In this document: positions 1 to 13,195 of the stretch, piece after piece | Layout: every line of letters starts with the position of its first letter | Position numbering within the stretch: the stretch's first letter is position 1 | Origin: Fimbriosthenelais zetlandica | Lineage: Eukaryota | DNA: 64,000 nucleotides | Direction: 5' to 3' | Assembly: GCA_977030845.1 (NCBI GenBank) | Contig: OZ365118.1 | Coordinates: 18,290,001 to 18,354,000, forward strand | Position numbers and translations under genes: made by a program | The notes under the pieces: generated by a model | The model's database searches: none | What the model was told of the DNA's origin: nothing | Seen by the model: only the letters and a program-made list of their open reading frames with translations

Positions 1-780
1 CAGTACAGTTAACCCATGTGGTGCTGGGGAAGCCCGGACATACAGCCTCAATGTCCAAAGCTCTCCAAAGCTTTTTTCCCAGGCTTTGAGCTCCGGGAAA
101 GCTTGGTAGACGCATTGTATAGCATGGCTACAATCCCTGGATGTAACTGGAGCTTGTGAGTCCTACATCTATAGGTCTATGAAAATCCTATAAATCTACT
201 CCCTATCTATCATCCACTTGCTGCATAATATGATATATATAGCGAATTAATTTTCCTGATAAATGTTCAGAAATGACACCTGCTGTTAATCTAAAATATT
301 ATAAGGAAACTATAAGTGTATTTTGTGTGGATGTACATGCTGAGTTGGTACATCTTGTCTGAGCTATATCTCAATTGCCCGCGGCCCTGAGGGCGGTAAT
401 AGACTGTGTAAATTGTCCCCGATGATTGGGAATCATCTCCCTGTGGCCGCACGGTCAGTCCCTAATTCACCATGATTTATAATGTCTGACGTCTGGAGGC
501 ACATTACCAGAAATGTGACTTATACAGGCGTGACTGGGGGCCGTCAGACGGAGTGATGGTTAGTGGTGGTAATACAGAGACAGTATATCAGCATATCACT
601 GATGGCCATGTGATAACATGTATTATATCACATAGCATGAAGCTTTTACATGATGTAATATGACAACCACTGACAACCTGCTATAGCCACTCTCATGGAC
701 CCCATGTCCACCCCAACACTGAACATATTTTATCTATAAAATCATAAATGGTCTTGTCCGTTCATATCTGCTCCGAGCCT

Positions 781-880
781 CTTTGAGTTAAGTACCCAGG
801 CACAGAATCGATTCATATCTTGTACAAATCGCTTTGAGTTAAGTGGCCCTGCATAGAGTCTGTTCCTACCCTGTACAAAT
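781..880. repeat. Imperfect 51-bp tandem duplication
   Basis: ctttgagttaagt at 781 and 832; tgtacaaat ends both units. Confidence 0.75.
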
Positions 881-3800
881 GGTTTCCAGTTATATTAAGA
901 GCCCAGGATTATCTTCCATTGGAAGAACGTTGTCATGTGTTGGAAAAGTGAACAAAATATTGTTTGTTTGAAATTAATTCATTAAAAATATAATACGATT
1001 TCCTCAGCCCTCTCGTACTGCATTTCCCCACATTTATTTTACCACAAAATAAGAACTGGACGGAATTAACAGCCCTGAGCCTAATGAAAACCGATCTGGT
1101 GTTAATTGATACCTTTGTAGGGAGACATTCCACACCCTTCCCCCAGATTGAATTTGACTTTTAAGGCGGGGTATAAATTCCCTGCCCTAACATTACATTA
1201 GTTTGCTCATCGGCTTTCTCTCATGTTTTCTCCCCACCTCTGTTTCTGAAATGATTGGCAAAGAATTGGGTGAGAACAAGCGTTCGTCATTTCTATGTTA
1301 AGCACACGGGCCCTTCTCACGTCCTCCTATGAATATGTGAATGTATGATTAACCCATTCATCGTCAACACTGAGCCCCTCAGAGCCGCTCCTTTCCTTTG
1401 CTCGCCGACCTTGGCGAGACCTTGGCGAGTGTTAGCTATTGGCGAGGTCGGCCTTTATTGCTCCAGGTGTGACCTTTGACACGTCTCTCTCCTGTGACAA
1501 TTGATTTATGGCGATTTTTACACAAGACAGGAGCGGAAAATGTTTCTGCTTTCTTTAATGTTCATTCTGACGTAGTCAGGTAAAAGCAAAAGTTTAGATT
1601 TTTCCAGCTTCTGAACACTCGATACTTCCATGCACTGCTTAGCAATGTTATCTGACGAGAAAAACGAAACCGAAACTTGGTGAAATAACGTCACTATTCC
1701 ATGGATGCCATGTTGTAATTGCAGCATTAGATTGACGGGGTAAGAATGATTATTGTGTCTATTTAAGGAGTCATTTCCCGGCATTTTTCACCGGTGGCTG
1801 TTGGGGAGTGAATGAATGACTGGTATTGAGGGATGTAATGGTGGTTTAACCATCGTCTTAATCAGGTTATCTGCCGTGTTAATGAACATAATCCATTTAT
1901 CTGCCAACTTAATGGAGCTCACTGAATGGAGCTGGTAGCAACAACCACTTCTTGTAGTGCTCTGTCATGACTGGAAGCTGAAGACCAACATTGAGGCTTG
2001 GTTTGAGCAGTTTACCAGCGTGGTAAGGTAGATATCACGCTGAGTTTCACCAGTGACTACATAACCCGCTAGCTTTATTCATCCTATGATTCACATCTAA
2101 TGCATTAGTCAGATGTACGGGAAATAACACGGAAATTAACCATCTCATTATTACTTCATTAATTGTTATCGCATTGTAATCGTACAAGTTCCTGCATGGT
2201 TTTTACTAATGCAATACTTCATGTATAGAGTACACACTGGCCATTCGATGGTCAATCTGTCAATCATGCTATCTATTAAATATAATATAGATGGAAGCAT
2301 TGTGATCTTGCTTACCAAGTCGCTGACATATTACCTTATACCCTGGATGCATTGTGCTCACACTATCAACCTAGGATCACCCAATATATGATATTGACAT
2401 GTTGACAGACTATCTCTGTAGCCTGTATGAGTGTACAAGCAGCATCCTTTCCCTCTGATCACGGATTAACCATGAACATCACATCCCTGATTGCTTGTCA
2501 GAACATAAAGAAATATGTGAGATACACGGGAGTCCCGGGCATGTGGACTCATGTTGAGTTACTCACTGAGTTAGTGTGGACAGATGGTGAGCTACTCGCT
2601 GCCTCAGACTCGCTCAAACATTGACTCAGCCATACATGGTGGTAGCAGTAACTTATTAATCACTCTCTACATGACCAGACTATGATGAGCTTCCCCCGCT
2701 GTGATTGACCACATATCCTGGTTTACCTTGCCTATATTGGTATGCATTATATGCAGCCCCACCTGAGCCCCACTGTTGCCTCAGTCACCTCGTCAACTCT
2801 TCCCTATGTGAGCTGTTTTTCTTCCTCTTTTTGTGGTGAAAACATCCTTGTTTACCACCACTACTTTTTGCCTCCAGCTGGTCTGATTTGTTGGAGTCAG
2901 CAGCAGTTAACTAAACGCTGTCTTGTCCTTGGCATAGAATTGCTTATCAGAATCTTATAAAGATAAGTGATTTAGGCATTTTATTTTAATGGATTAAACA
3001 TGCCATCTGTGAGGTGCATGCATTCCAGGTGGTTGCAGGTGTGGCTCCAAGATATTTTCTAATAAAAAAAAAGAAAGAAAAAAGGAGACAGGGCGTCTGC
3101 TGGATTCCGCCATTGGGCTGTATATCCCAGAATGATTCCAGAGAACTTCCCCATAATGTGAACATTAGCTTATGGCGACCACTCCCCCTGGCATCTTTTA
3201 TAACTCACACCTATGAGCCTATCTCCCCTTCTAAAAGCATTTAGAGGATTGCTATAGGCAGATCTGGCCGGTGAGGCTGGATCTGAGCTGGGATGTGTCC
3301 AGGTCTACTGTAGAACCTATATACCGTCTGACGATATCACATCCACAATCCCGTGACAATATTAGCCCACCGCCCAATTGAATTCTCTTCACCAGCCGCG
3401 CCTGGTCTGTGGAGGATGCTCGGGTTTCATACACTTTACAGGCTGTCTTAGAATCTACACACCTTGAGCAGCTCGCGAGCACCTCCTCCCGCCTCAATCA
3501 TTCATGCCCTCATTCATACATGTACATATTCCAGTGGAAATTGTCCACACCACTCCTAACTTTCCATTTCCTCAAGTCCTCCCATGCTTAATTCAATTGA
3601 ATTATTCCCAATTCTGACGTGCGCTGCTCTGACACCCAGCAGAATCTTACTGTCGGTGGATGTTACTTTAAGAAGGGACAGAGAAGTGGACTTATTTGAG
3701 TTTGAGTTATTGAACTTGATGTGGATAATTTGCCTTCCTATCTCAGGTAATGACGTGGTATACTTGACAAGGTATACAATACCTGCCCTCACCCGTCGCT

Positions 3801-4534
3801 AGGAGGTAATATTTAAAGCTATTCCCCTTATTAATCTGTTCCCATGTGTATGCCTTATATTTCTGTTCATATTGTGAGCTGACATTAAGCCTTCCTTACC
3901 CAGGATTGATTATTACTATACTACTTCCCTCTCCTTATACCCTCTCCTTCCTCACACTGCCGTAATAGCAGCTAGAGCAGACGGACTCCACCATGAAGCT
4001 AAAAGGCGGCGTTTATACAGGCTCATTGGCCACCCAGTAACGGTGAGGGGGGGTCGGGGGGGGGGGGTGTATGGAGGCCTATTAAGACCATTGATTTAAT
4101 GATAGCCATCATATCTCAGCCTCATCAGAGCAGCTCTCACTGATGGATCGCCCAGTAAATGATCAGCTCTATAAACATTAGTCACAATGGTTAAAGGCGG
4201 GGGAGGAGGAAGGGGGGGGGGGGGGGGGGGGAGGTGTGCAGTGTGGGACATGAGGGCATGATATGTAGAGGCTCATACACAAGTTTGTCTGGTAAAATAC
4301 AGGTGGACAGAGAGACAGTGACAGGGGAAAGAGACAGACAGTCACGAGGAAAGGCTAGAAACTAATGCTTGGACCCGTGCAGTGACATGTATATGATGTC
4401 AGTGACAATGGAGGGTGTGTATGATATGTAAAAATAACTCCTTCTATATCGATCTGTGTGTGGATCAGTATGTCTGTATGTGGGCCACATCTGGTAGCAC
4501 TGTGTGATGTTCGTCTTGTTCAAAGACTCGCACC

Positions 4535-4620
4535 TATCATGGCCAATACCCGTCAATTTTATATTGTCATGGCCAATACCCCTCAATATTATATTGTCCT
4601 GGCCAATACCCGTCAATATT
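4535..4620. repeat. 30-bp tandem repeat x3 (contains GGCCAAT)
   Basis: tggccaataccc(g/c)tcaat repeated at 30-nt period. Confidence 0.9.
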
Positions 4621-5935
4621 AAGGCCTACATTGTCATGTCCACTCATAAAGGTAATATACATTTGTTGATCCAGATTTCCTACCAAAGGCAATTGCTTCG
4701 TATCAATCCATATAGGGTAACTTTCCGGAACCCTAGTTCCCCCCCTTTGGGTGCGCTCCTGGAACACAAGACATTTTCTGCACCCTTGAATATGTCACAG
4801 TAAGTGGATGAGTGTAAGAACAATGCCCTAACACGACCCATACCCGAACTGGGCGGATATGGATCAGATAAAGCCCTGACAGAGACACTCTACAGGGATG
4901 AATGTAGGTGTTAGACACAGACAATGGGCAGGTGATGGATGGTAGACAGTGACCGCGGTGCCGTGTTACCTATAGCTGTTAATGCCGCCTCTTATACAGC
5001 TGTCAGACGCCGGGGTGGGAGGAAGTTAGAGTTGATTGATATCATTATGGTTGATGAGAGCAGCTCAGCTTACTACCGAGTAGCTCATGGTACCACGCTG
5101 CTCGTCAACCACCAGGCCAACTACAGATCAGGCGTCACTCTATATTCCCCACTCAAGCTTGCCAGATTTGACTTGTAACTTTGTTACAAAGTATTTACTT
5201 TTAGATAGTATTTTTTTCATTGATTGATGTTATGCTAAGCTTAATATGGCAGTTTGAATGTTTAAGGCATCAGTTTGAATGTTTAAGGCATCAATTACTC
5301 GTACATTTAACACTTACATTATCTCTATCATATCACATCTATTCTCATTTTATCTTATAACTATATCTGTCACCGTGTATAAGCTCTGACTCGTATCGCC
5401 TTCCAATTTCGCAGCATGAAATATTACCTTGTCATGGGCAAAATTGATAAACATTTCCTGGTGTGGCCAAGTTTTTCCTCAAATGGCACCTAGCACACCA
5501 TTTGAATTGTTTTCAGCTAGGGAATCATGCAAGCCTATTGAAACGCTTTCCCGGCCCATTAGTGCAAGGTAAAACGCGCCCGCCTGCACCGTGCCGACAT
5601 GCGTATCCCCAAAACCAATAAGAGCGACAATCGCCGGGAATCTTTGACACGATCAGCAATAAAAGACAAAACAGAGGGGAAAGCGGGTTGTTATGGGGCA
5701 GTAATAAGTGAGGATAATGTCATTCCGCCACCATGTCATTTGGTTTCTATATGAGTTTTTGTGTGTGCACAATAAGCCGGCGCCTGCATGCACATTCCCC
5801 CCGGCCCGCCTATTTGTGGTCGGGGAACACGCTGCCAGTCCGCCATATTAGTAGGTTGATGTATCTGCTCCACCCTGCCACCCCGGGTGATAACCCAATG
5901 TACAGGTGGAGCAAAACCTAATGCTCGCTCCTCCA

Positions 5936-6050
5936 CCCCCATGTTCCACCCCCATGTTCCACCCCCATGTTCCACCACCATGTTCCACCCCCATTTTCCA
6001 CTCCCATGTTCCACCAAAATGATCCACCACCATGTCCCACCCCCATGTTC
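5936..6050. repeat. About 12-bp ccatgttccacc minisatellite
   Basis: Direct inspection; explains the repetitive ORFs at 5736-6117. Confidence 0.85.
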
Positions 6051-6789
6051 CTGTCTGGTAGGAATATCTGACACCTTGATGTTGGTATAAAGGGGTGTCA
6101 CTGTCTACCCCCTCCATCTCTCACCACCTGCCAACTCTATCAAATGCTTCCATTTTTTAATCTTTGGCGACGAATCAACGTTTTTTCCACGAAGCATATG
6201 ATTTGCAAAGGAATATTTCAAATATTTTTTTTGCAGTTCAGTACATGATGGATTAATTATATTTGGTTCATTTTGAGTGAGACTGGTTTAGTATTCCTGC
6301 ACCAAGGGCTACATTTATATGATGACTGTTTATCATATGACTGTGAACTATAGCAGGGAGAGAGATGAGAGTAGATCATCACTCACGATGACAGAGTCTC
6401 GTTAGCTGTTAGTCTTGTCAGATGATTATCTACTTTACCTACAGACCCCCCCCCCCCCCCCCCCCGCCTCACCACCATTTCCTTATCCCCATCATTGCTC
6501 CCACCATTATATAGCCATGCCCTATTTCTGTATCCACTCATGAGATCATTGCACAACAACGTCACCTTGCGCAATCCTGCGAGCAATTGCGGAAGTTGTT
6601 TTTCAGGCGAATTTCATATTCTCGGGAGCTTATTGCAACCCAAAGTATAACTGGTTTTCAAGCTAACATAATTTGGCGAGCATTCCAAATACATCCTCGC
6701 CAGATCCTACAAGCTGTACGATTGTAAATAGCAGTTGGCGAGTGCTCGCAATATTATACAACACTCCTTGGCGTCCACCTATGCTTGTG

Positions 6790-7400
6790 CAATGCCCCCT
6801 ATTGCCATGCCTGGCGTCCCACCATCTTATTAGATGACAAGCTTTCTATTCTGGACTCATTTCGTCCTTGCCTTCCGCCTGACTGGTCTGACCAGGGCTT
6901 GTACATATATACACGGGCCATGGAGGCTTAGTGTCAATGAAGACCTGGTGGACCGAGCCAGATTCAGGTGTTTGTATGGTACCCCCACCATGGAGCTTTT
7001 ATTTGATATTCCTATTTGGGCGTTGCAAGTCCAGACTATATTTCTGGTAGGTAGGTCTACCATTTCCAACTTGGGGGAATGGTACTGCCTTATTTTGTCA
7101 TCCCAGAGTGTTCAGTATATGAAAAGCTTAGGTAAAATATTCTGTAATATAACCCATGGTAGCCTGTACCTGAATCCTTCTACCTAAACGGTCCCTCAAG
7201 TTTTGGCTCAGATTACTCACTTTCAAATTCCAGCCATGTCTCTCACTGCCCCTGCTGAGAGGCATGTAAAAGACCATTGCTCCTTATCAAAAAGAGCAGA
7301 CCATTGTGAGCTGAAAGCTTGTTTTCTACTCGTTGAATTGTATTGCACATTCTTCTCGTTCTGTGAAATAGTTAACTCCATTTTAGCAACCACTCACTGA
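6790..7400 (+). mobile_element. Decayed coding-like repeat, copy A (unidentified family)
   Basis: 35/40 nt identity of 7230-7269 with 21051-21090. Track ORFs 6834-7187 and 7203-7400 are in the same frame, separated by one stop. Confidence 0.45.
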
Positions 7401-8477
7401 GCCTCCAGTGAACAGTTTGACCCCATTCCCCAGAGAGCCAAGCCAGAAATGATGACCTAGTGAAGTGAGAACAAAGCCACAGGTATAGCCACACCTAAAG
7501 CAGGCAGAGACGGTGCCTGAGGGCATCCACGATCTGTACTAATATAACTACCTACAAGACAAGTCAATATGACTCCCCCAGCCCGGGGTCAGGGGGTCAC
7601 CGGGGGGCAAGCTGCCACTGCTGGCCTGTCTCACGGCTAGGTGGGGAAGCCAGGCCGGGAAGCCAGGTCAGACCTTCGTCATTAGTGCAAGAAAAGTGCC
7701 TTCCATGAATATACATCGTGCATAAATCTTCCTATGCACTTTGCCCAAATGCTCTCTCTTATGTGCACTTATGTCTTCTTGCCTTCTATTTTTAAACATA
7801 ATGTAAAAATATGACTTAGTCCATAACCATCCAGTCATCGTATGAGATGCTATTACTACCTTAGATTTCCATATCTTCAAGCCACTTCTATATCTTTAGC
7901 AGCATGTTTAATGACTTAATTTAGTCATTTAAACTTGCTTGCTCATCATGTCAGGTCGAAATTTCAGTCCCTCAAAAAGTGAATTCCACCATGCTGCACT
8001 CATTGGCCTCCTACACGGCCTAATTTAGAAGCACGTTAAGGCTTTCATCATGCTGTGTGCCTCACCATAACATGGAATCAGGCTCCAGCTAATCCTCCTT
8101 CACTTGGTCTCAGTTAATGAGAGGCTGTGTGTGCCTCATCAGATCTTCATACTGTCTAATTTTAATGACAGACAGATCTACAGGGGGTCACCTTCCGTCA
8201 ACACCCCACCCACCCACGACATGGTCTATTTCAGTCAATGTCAGTGAACAATACTACATGCAGTATATATATAGCCCATTCTGGTAATGCCAAGTCCATG
8301 TATACAGTTTCATCAAAACATGTAAGAATAGATCTATACCTATTAGTATGTGAATAGATCTATACCTATTAGAAACATATTTTGCTCTGCACTTTTCACA
8401 CAATACTTGTCTCTTCTAAGAATGGGCTGAGCCCTTATTTTCCACAGATGTATAGACCTATCTTCTACCATTCTACA

Positions 8478-8560
8478 CCCTCTATATCCCTGTATTTCCC
8501 CTCTATATCCCTGTATTTCCCTCTATATTCCTGTATTTCCCCTCTATATCTCTCTATTTT
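8478..8560. repeat. About 21-bp pyrimidine-rich tandem repeat (ccctctatatccctgtattt)
   Basis: Three to four imperfect copies. Confidence 0.8.
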
Positions 8561-8966
8561 CCCACTATACACCTCACCGTTGACATGGCCTTCCTGGCTA
8601 CCATCATGACCAGTATTAAGCGGTGTGGGGTCACAGGTCATACACGGGGTCATGAGGTCAGTGGTGGGAGACAAACCGGCAGGCGGGGGTACCTACACCA
8701 CTGTTATACATCATACACAAACCACTGATCTGACCCCGACCGATCTAAGCTGAAACCCCCTACCAAAATTCACAGAATATAATTTAAACCATCCTACAAA
8801 CGCTCTTGTTTTTTTTGTGCTTTAAATAGAACAAAAAAAGGGGATCACCCCTCAACCAACAACCCGACCACCAAACCCCTTTCATCAGAGTGAGAAGAGC
8901 CTTCTCCCACTGGAGGTATGAGCAGGCCATTCCTCCAGACTCCCTGGATGAGAAGATGTGTAAGTT

Positions 8967-9040
8967 GTAGCAGGGTTAGGGTTATAGAGTGATCTTGTAG
9001 CAGGGTTAGAGTGATCTTGTAGCAGGGTTAGAGTGATCTA
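8967..9040. repeat. 22-bp tandem repeat (gtagcagggttagagtgatctt) x3
   Basis: Direct inspection. Confidence 0.85.
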
Positions 9041-9316
9041 TCTTGATGGTTCACGCCTGGTGCTATGATAGAATGGTCGGGATGTTAGCAGCTGTGTTTG
9101 GAGCAGAAACTTGCTGTATTGTTGACTGCTCGCTCCATGTCTGCGAGCAGCTCTGTAAGCCAGCGGCTATAGCTCTGCTCCCCCCATTAAGTAACAGACC
9201 CGGAGTTGTTCCCCCAGGGCCATACATACAGACAAAGATGTGAACGGAATAACCCGCCTTATAGTCCACGAGAAGAGTTTCTAAAGTATTCTTCTCAACT
9301 CCCACCTCCAAACAGA

Positions 9317-9425
9317 TCTATAACTTAGCTGTACCGGAATCTGCCAACAGACATCTATAACTTAGTGTGCCAGTGTCTGCGAGCATATATCTATAACTTA
9401 GCTGTACCAGTGTCTGCAAGCATAC
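9317..9425. repeat. 36-37-bp tandem repeat x3 (tctataacttag core)
   Basis: Cores at 9317, 9354 and 9390. Confidence 0.8.
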
Positions 9426-11935
9426 CCCAGATGTATGACTATTTTAAGTCATATACTATGAAAATAAGGCTGCCCACCCCTGGAGCATGCCTAGCATGAG
9501 GTAAAGACCCGTCAATTGTTACGAGTATACTTCATACAATAACGATAATAGTAACACAGAACCCGCCCAACGAGACGCGGATATAGGGGTCACATGACAG
9601 TCACATGACACACGTCATGTCACATGATGTGGTTTACATGTAACCATGGTAAATCAGCTGGTGTAATGGTCTCCATGACTTGTTAAATGACCATCAAGGC
9701 GGGTCTGAGTGGCTGGACTAGCTACACTGAAAAATCAATTGAGGTGTCCACACCTTATAGCCCGGCCATTTAGACCTGTGAAGGTTAGATATATAGGTGA
9801 GAGATGGCGTCCAACAGACGGAAATAATGGCCTAGAGCTACGTATAGTGGTTGATATTAAACTACCAAGTGAGAAGTCCCGCGAGCTCTGGTGAAAACGC
9901 TTTTCTATTGAACATTTGCACACCTGTCGTGCGTGCATCTTCCCTTCTGCCGTTTGATCTGAGCTTATTTCCGTTCAATTCCTGAGTTTCTAACGCAAAG
10001 GTTGCTCCCTATGACATCTTTTTCCAGCTCCAATCGATTCTAAAATCTTAAAAGGACCCTGGCCAGTTGGGAGAGCAATAATCTGCCTTACAAAAAGGTC
10101 GACTTAAAATAAAAATGAAAGTTTTTGGAAGTTGTGAATTTCGATTCATTAACAAAAAGACTTAATGAAATAATGAAATCAATAATTAGCAGATGGTGAA
10201 TGGTTCCGTCCATGCACCCCTCTCTCGTTGTTCATTATTTCTGTACACCTGTCTATAGGGAATCCCTCACTCGTTCAGAAAGGGGTTAACAAGGCTGAAG
10301 CAGGAAGCCTGATTTTCATAATTGGAAAGAGTCATAAAAACTTGCCTGTACAACAACCGGGTCAATCGGCTCTGGTCAATAATTTTTTTTCCAGGGGAAA
10401 TGAGTAAAAAATGAGATAATGACATGCATGGTAATGGTTGTATGTTAGTAATTATACCCATTAACAGCGCCAGGCACGCCTCGACTCATTTCATTCTCAA
10501 TGTTTCACTTTGTATTGATAATGTACTCCCTAGAGGCTTCAAATTCATTTCCAAGAATGCCGAATGAACTATTGACAATCGTCATGAAATGGCTGAAAAA
10601 TGATTCCATTCTAACCTGACACTTTCCCAGTCAAACAATGTCCCTAACAAAAGACCACATAAGATGTTTTTCGCTCATTCAACAGGACAGTGGTGCGATA
10701 TTTTCTTTAGAAAAATGCGACCATTTGCGACAGAAAAATGTATTGAAGTATAGAAGGTTGGTGAGTGTTGGACATTGAATGGGTAGGGCTGAGTGTGGAG
10801 CAGCAACCCTCGTGAATATGTATGGGTGGTGATTGTATTATTCCTGTAACTCGCCGTCCAGGATAGGACCGGATTATTCCGCTCAGGTGAGGGAGACGGA
10901 TCACCACAAATGGAATCTTCTCCAAAAGCCGCCTTCAAGAAGAACGGCTTTGGTTTTAGTGGCTCCTCTTTTTAAACTTTGTTGCGGAAATGAGGACAAA
11001 TTTGATTCCTTTTAAACACTTTCAGCCCGTGAGCTCACTTTTTCCCCCCATGTCGGTCCATCACTTCCCTAAACAATGGTTTTTGCGGGCGGTGCCAAGC
11101 TGCGGGTTTCCCTCGTAATACGCCTAATAGCGACTGCTGGAATGTAGCAATTGCAATGAGTTTGTAGGGCAGTTTTAACGGGTGAGGTCTTACTATGAAT
11201 TAAACCCCCTAAAAGATAGATACACAATGCAGATGGTGTTTAAATCCATTTAGCCAGGAAGTGACTTGTCTCTGCTTATGTATTCACTCCACGAATCTGA
11301 CAGCACTTTCACAAATGATGTTGAAGTTTCTCTTTATTCAGATAGTCCGACCTAATATGATTTTGTGAGATGTTTAAGGCATGTGCCGCCGGTGCCGACT
11401 TTTTGCCTTCCTCAGTCCTCACTACCAATGCATACACAGTAACATTGCAACTAGGTTTTCCCTGAGGATATTTCTCATTTGTTTTTCATATTCCGTGTGG
11501 ATTTGCAGTATTGTTTTAGCTTTGTTTTTATTTCTTGTAATAGAGATTTATGTCATTTGAGCATCTAATATGTCGGTGTAGATTTCATCACCACCTATGG
11601 GGAGTTGCTCCATCTCCTTGACCCAGAGCGGGATGCACTCATAGCCCACAGTGAGGCCTCCTTGATAACAATGCCAAGATGAGATGTTCCTTACTTTAAC
11701 TGAAACATCAAACCTACCTTAAAGGCTCTTTACTAAATACACTTTGTTGGGTGGAGGCCAAGCTGGATTCTTCACAAGGATGAACCCAAACCCAATGCAT
11801 TGTCTAATTGATTGAGCGAGATGCTTCTGACCTTATTTATTCTCCTCTCTTTCCCACCTGTGGTATTTACCGACTAACTTACATTTACATTCCATTTCAT
11901 CCAGATTTTACATGACATTTTGCTCTGCATGTCAT

Positions 11936-12013
11936 ACATACTATATATACTATACTATATACTATACTATATACTATACTATACTATACTATACTATACT
12001 ATACTATACTATA
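11936..12013. repeat. (TATAC)n-type microsatellite
   Basis: Direct inspection. Confidence 0.92.
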
Positions 12014-13043
12014 TTATTGTGCTATATTGTCGATATAATAAGACCCTTTATATGCATTGTATGTATTAAACTTATATTTATATTTTAGTAAATTTATATT
12101 GTCGGCTTAAGCCTACATAATATTAAGTATAGCATACTCATATAGACCCAAATCTATATACAAACTCGTACATATATAATGTACCTGAACAAATACATGT
12201 ACTTAAGGCCAAGGTGAAGCTTATTTATAAGGCGGGCTATACTATAGTGCCGGATCAATGATAAGTGAGTCTACTTTGGCTGTGTATTCATCTCCAATGC
12301 CTACACCTGTGTGCATTGCATATATGGAAGTCCTATACGATCTGATCAGATTCTAAAAATATAAGCTCCCCAACCATCTACAAATACAATGTTTTTATCC
12401 TATTTTTTCTATGCTTTTGATGGAAGAGGGGAAAGAAACGTGTGCGATTTGTAAGATGCCGTGTTTGTTCCAGATGCCGAATAAAATGCTGAAGTACAAA
12501 AGTCTAAGACAACAATTCATGAAATCTAGCAGCTATAGATGAGCATGATGCTAAGGGTGAGTGGTAATCTAGTTTCTCCAGTTATTGATACTCTATATTG
12601 AGAGCTCTCAGGCCTCTATGCTTCATCGCAGGCCTGTTTCATTCTTTGATTGAATTATGTAAACTTCCGCTTTCTTAGATACTCAATACAAAAATCAATA
12701 TAAACTAATTAGTGTCACTCCTGCCTTCAAAGTGGAGGTGTACGGGGCTGTGAGCATGCAGGCGGCCCATCGTTTGTAGCTCCCAGCATGCATTGTTAGC
12801 CCGGCAAATTGTCAAGATTTGTAGATCACTGAGATTTTAAACATTTATACCGCCTCGCCTATCTTGAGGTGGCTAAGTTTCAGCTTGAGGGATCTAATAT
12901 AGACTGGGGTTCTCATGGGCGATTCGTGTATGATCATGGACAGTGTATATAGGGAATTTACAGCCATTATCATCTTTCAGCAATTTCAAATAGTAACCGT
13001 CAATTCGGCCATTTTATGTACTACTTGCATTGACTCGGCACAA

Positions 13044-13195
13044 CTATGCCTGAGTCAAATACCCATTTCCATGTACTATACTACTCACATTGCCTGGCTC
13101 GCCTATGCCTGAGTCAAATACCCATTTCCATGTACTATACTACTCACATTGCCTAGCTCGCCTATGCCTGAGTCAAATACCCATTTCCATGTGCT
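13044..13195. repeat. 59-bp tandem repeat x2.6, each unit with TGAGTCA
   Basis: ctatgcctgagtcaaatacccatttccatgt at 13044, 13103 and 13162. Confidence 0.95.

Noticed and set aside
5480-5506. miR-29-like string TAGCACACCATTTGAA in a small hairpin
   Set aside because: A 2-nt insertion breaks the seed, and the hairpin is far too short for a pre-miRNA.
5733-6117. Overlapping ORFs with EHGGGTW repeats
   Set aside because: Produced by the 12-bp minisatellite.
6387-6438. Possible 52-nt minus-strand exon (KVDNHLTRLTANETLS)
   Set aside because: Acceptor is preceded by a G run instead of a pyrimidine tract; no partner exons.
6578-6750. Possible MITE bounded by tgcgagca/tgctcgca
   Set aside because: The inverted match is only 8 bp and does not extend convincingly.
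6870-7115. cGAS/Mab-21-like words (WRLSV, P..W....L, LPYFVIPE) in copy A
   Set aside because: They lie in different frames and in the wrong order and spacing for Mab-21 domains; treated as coincidence pending an HMM search.
12420-12542. 40-aa ORF starting MEEGKETCAICK (CxxC)
   Set aside because: No second cysteine pair with zinc-finger spacing; short and unsupported.
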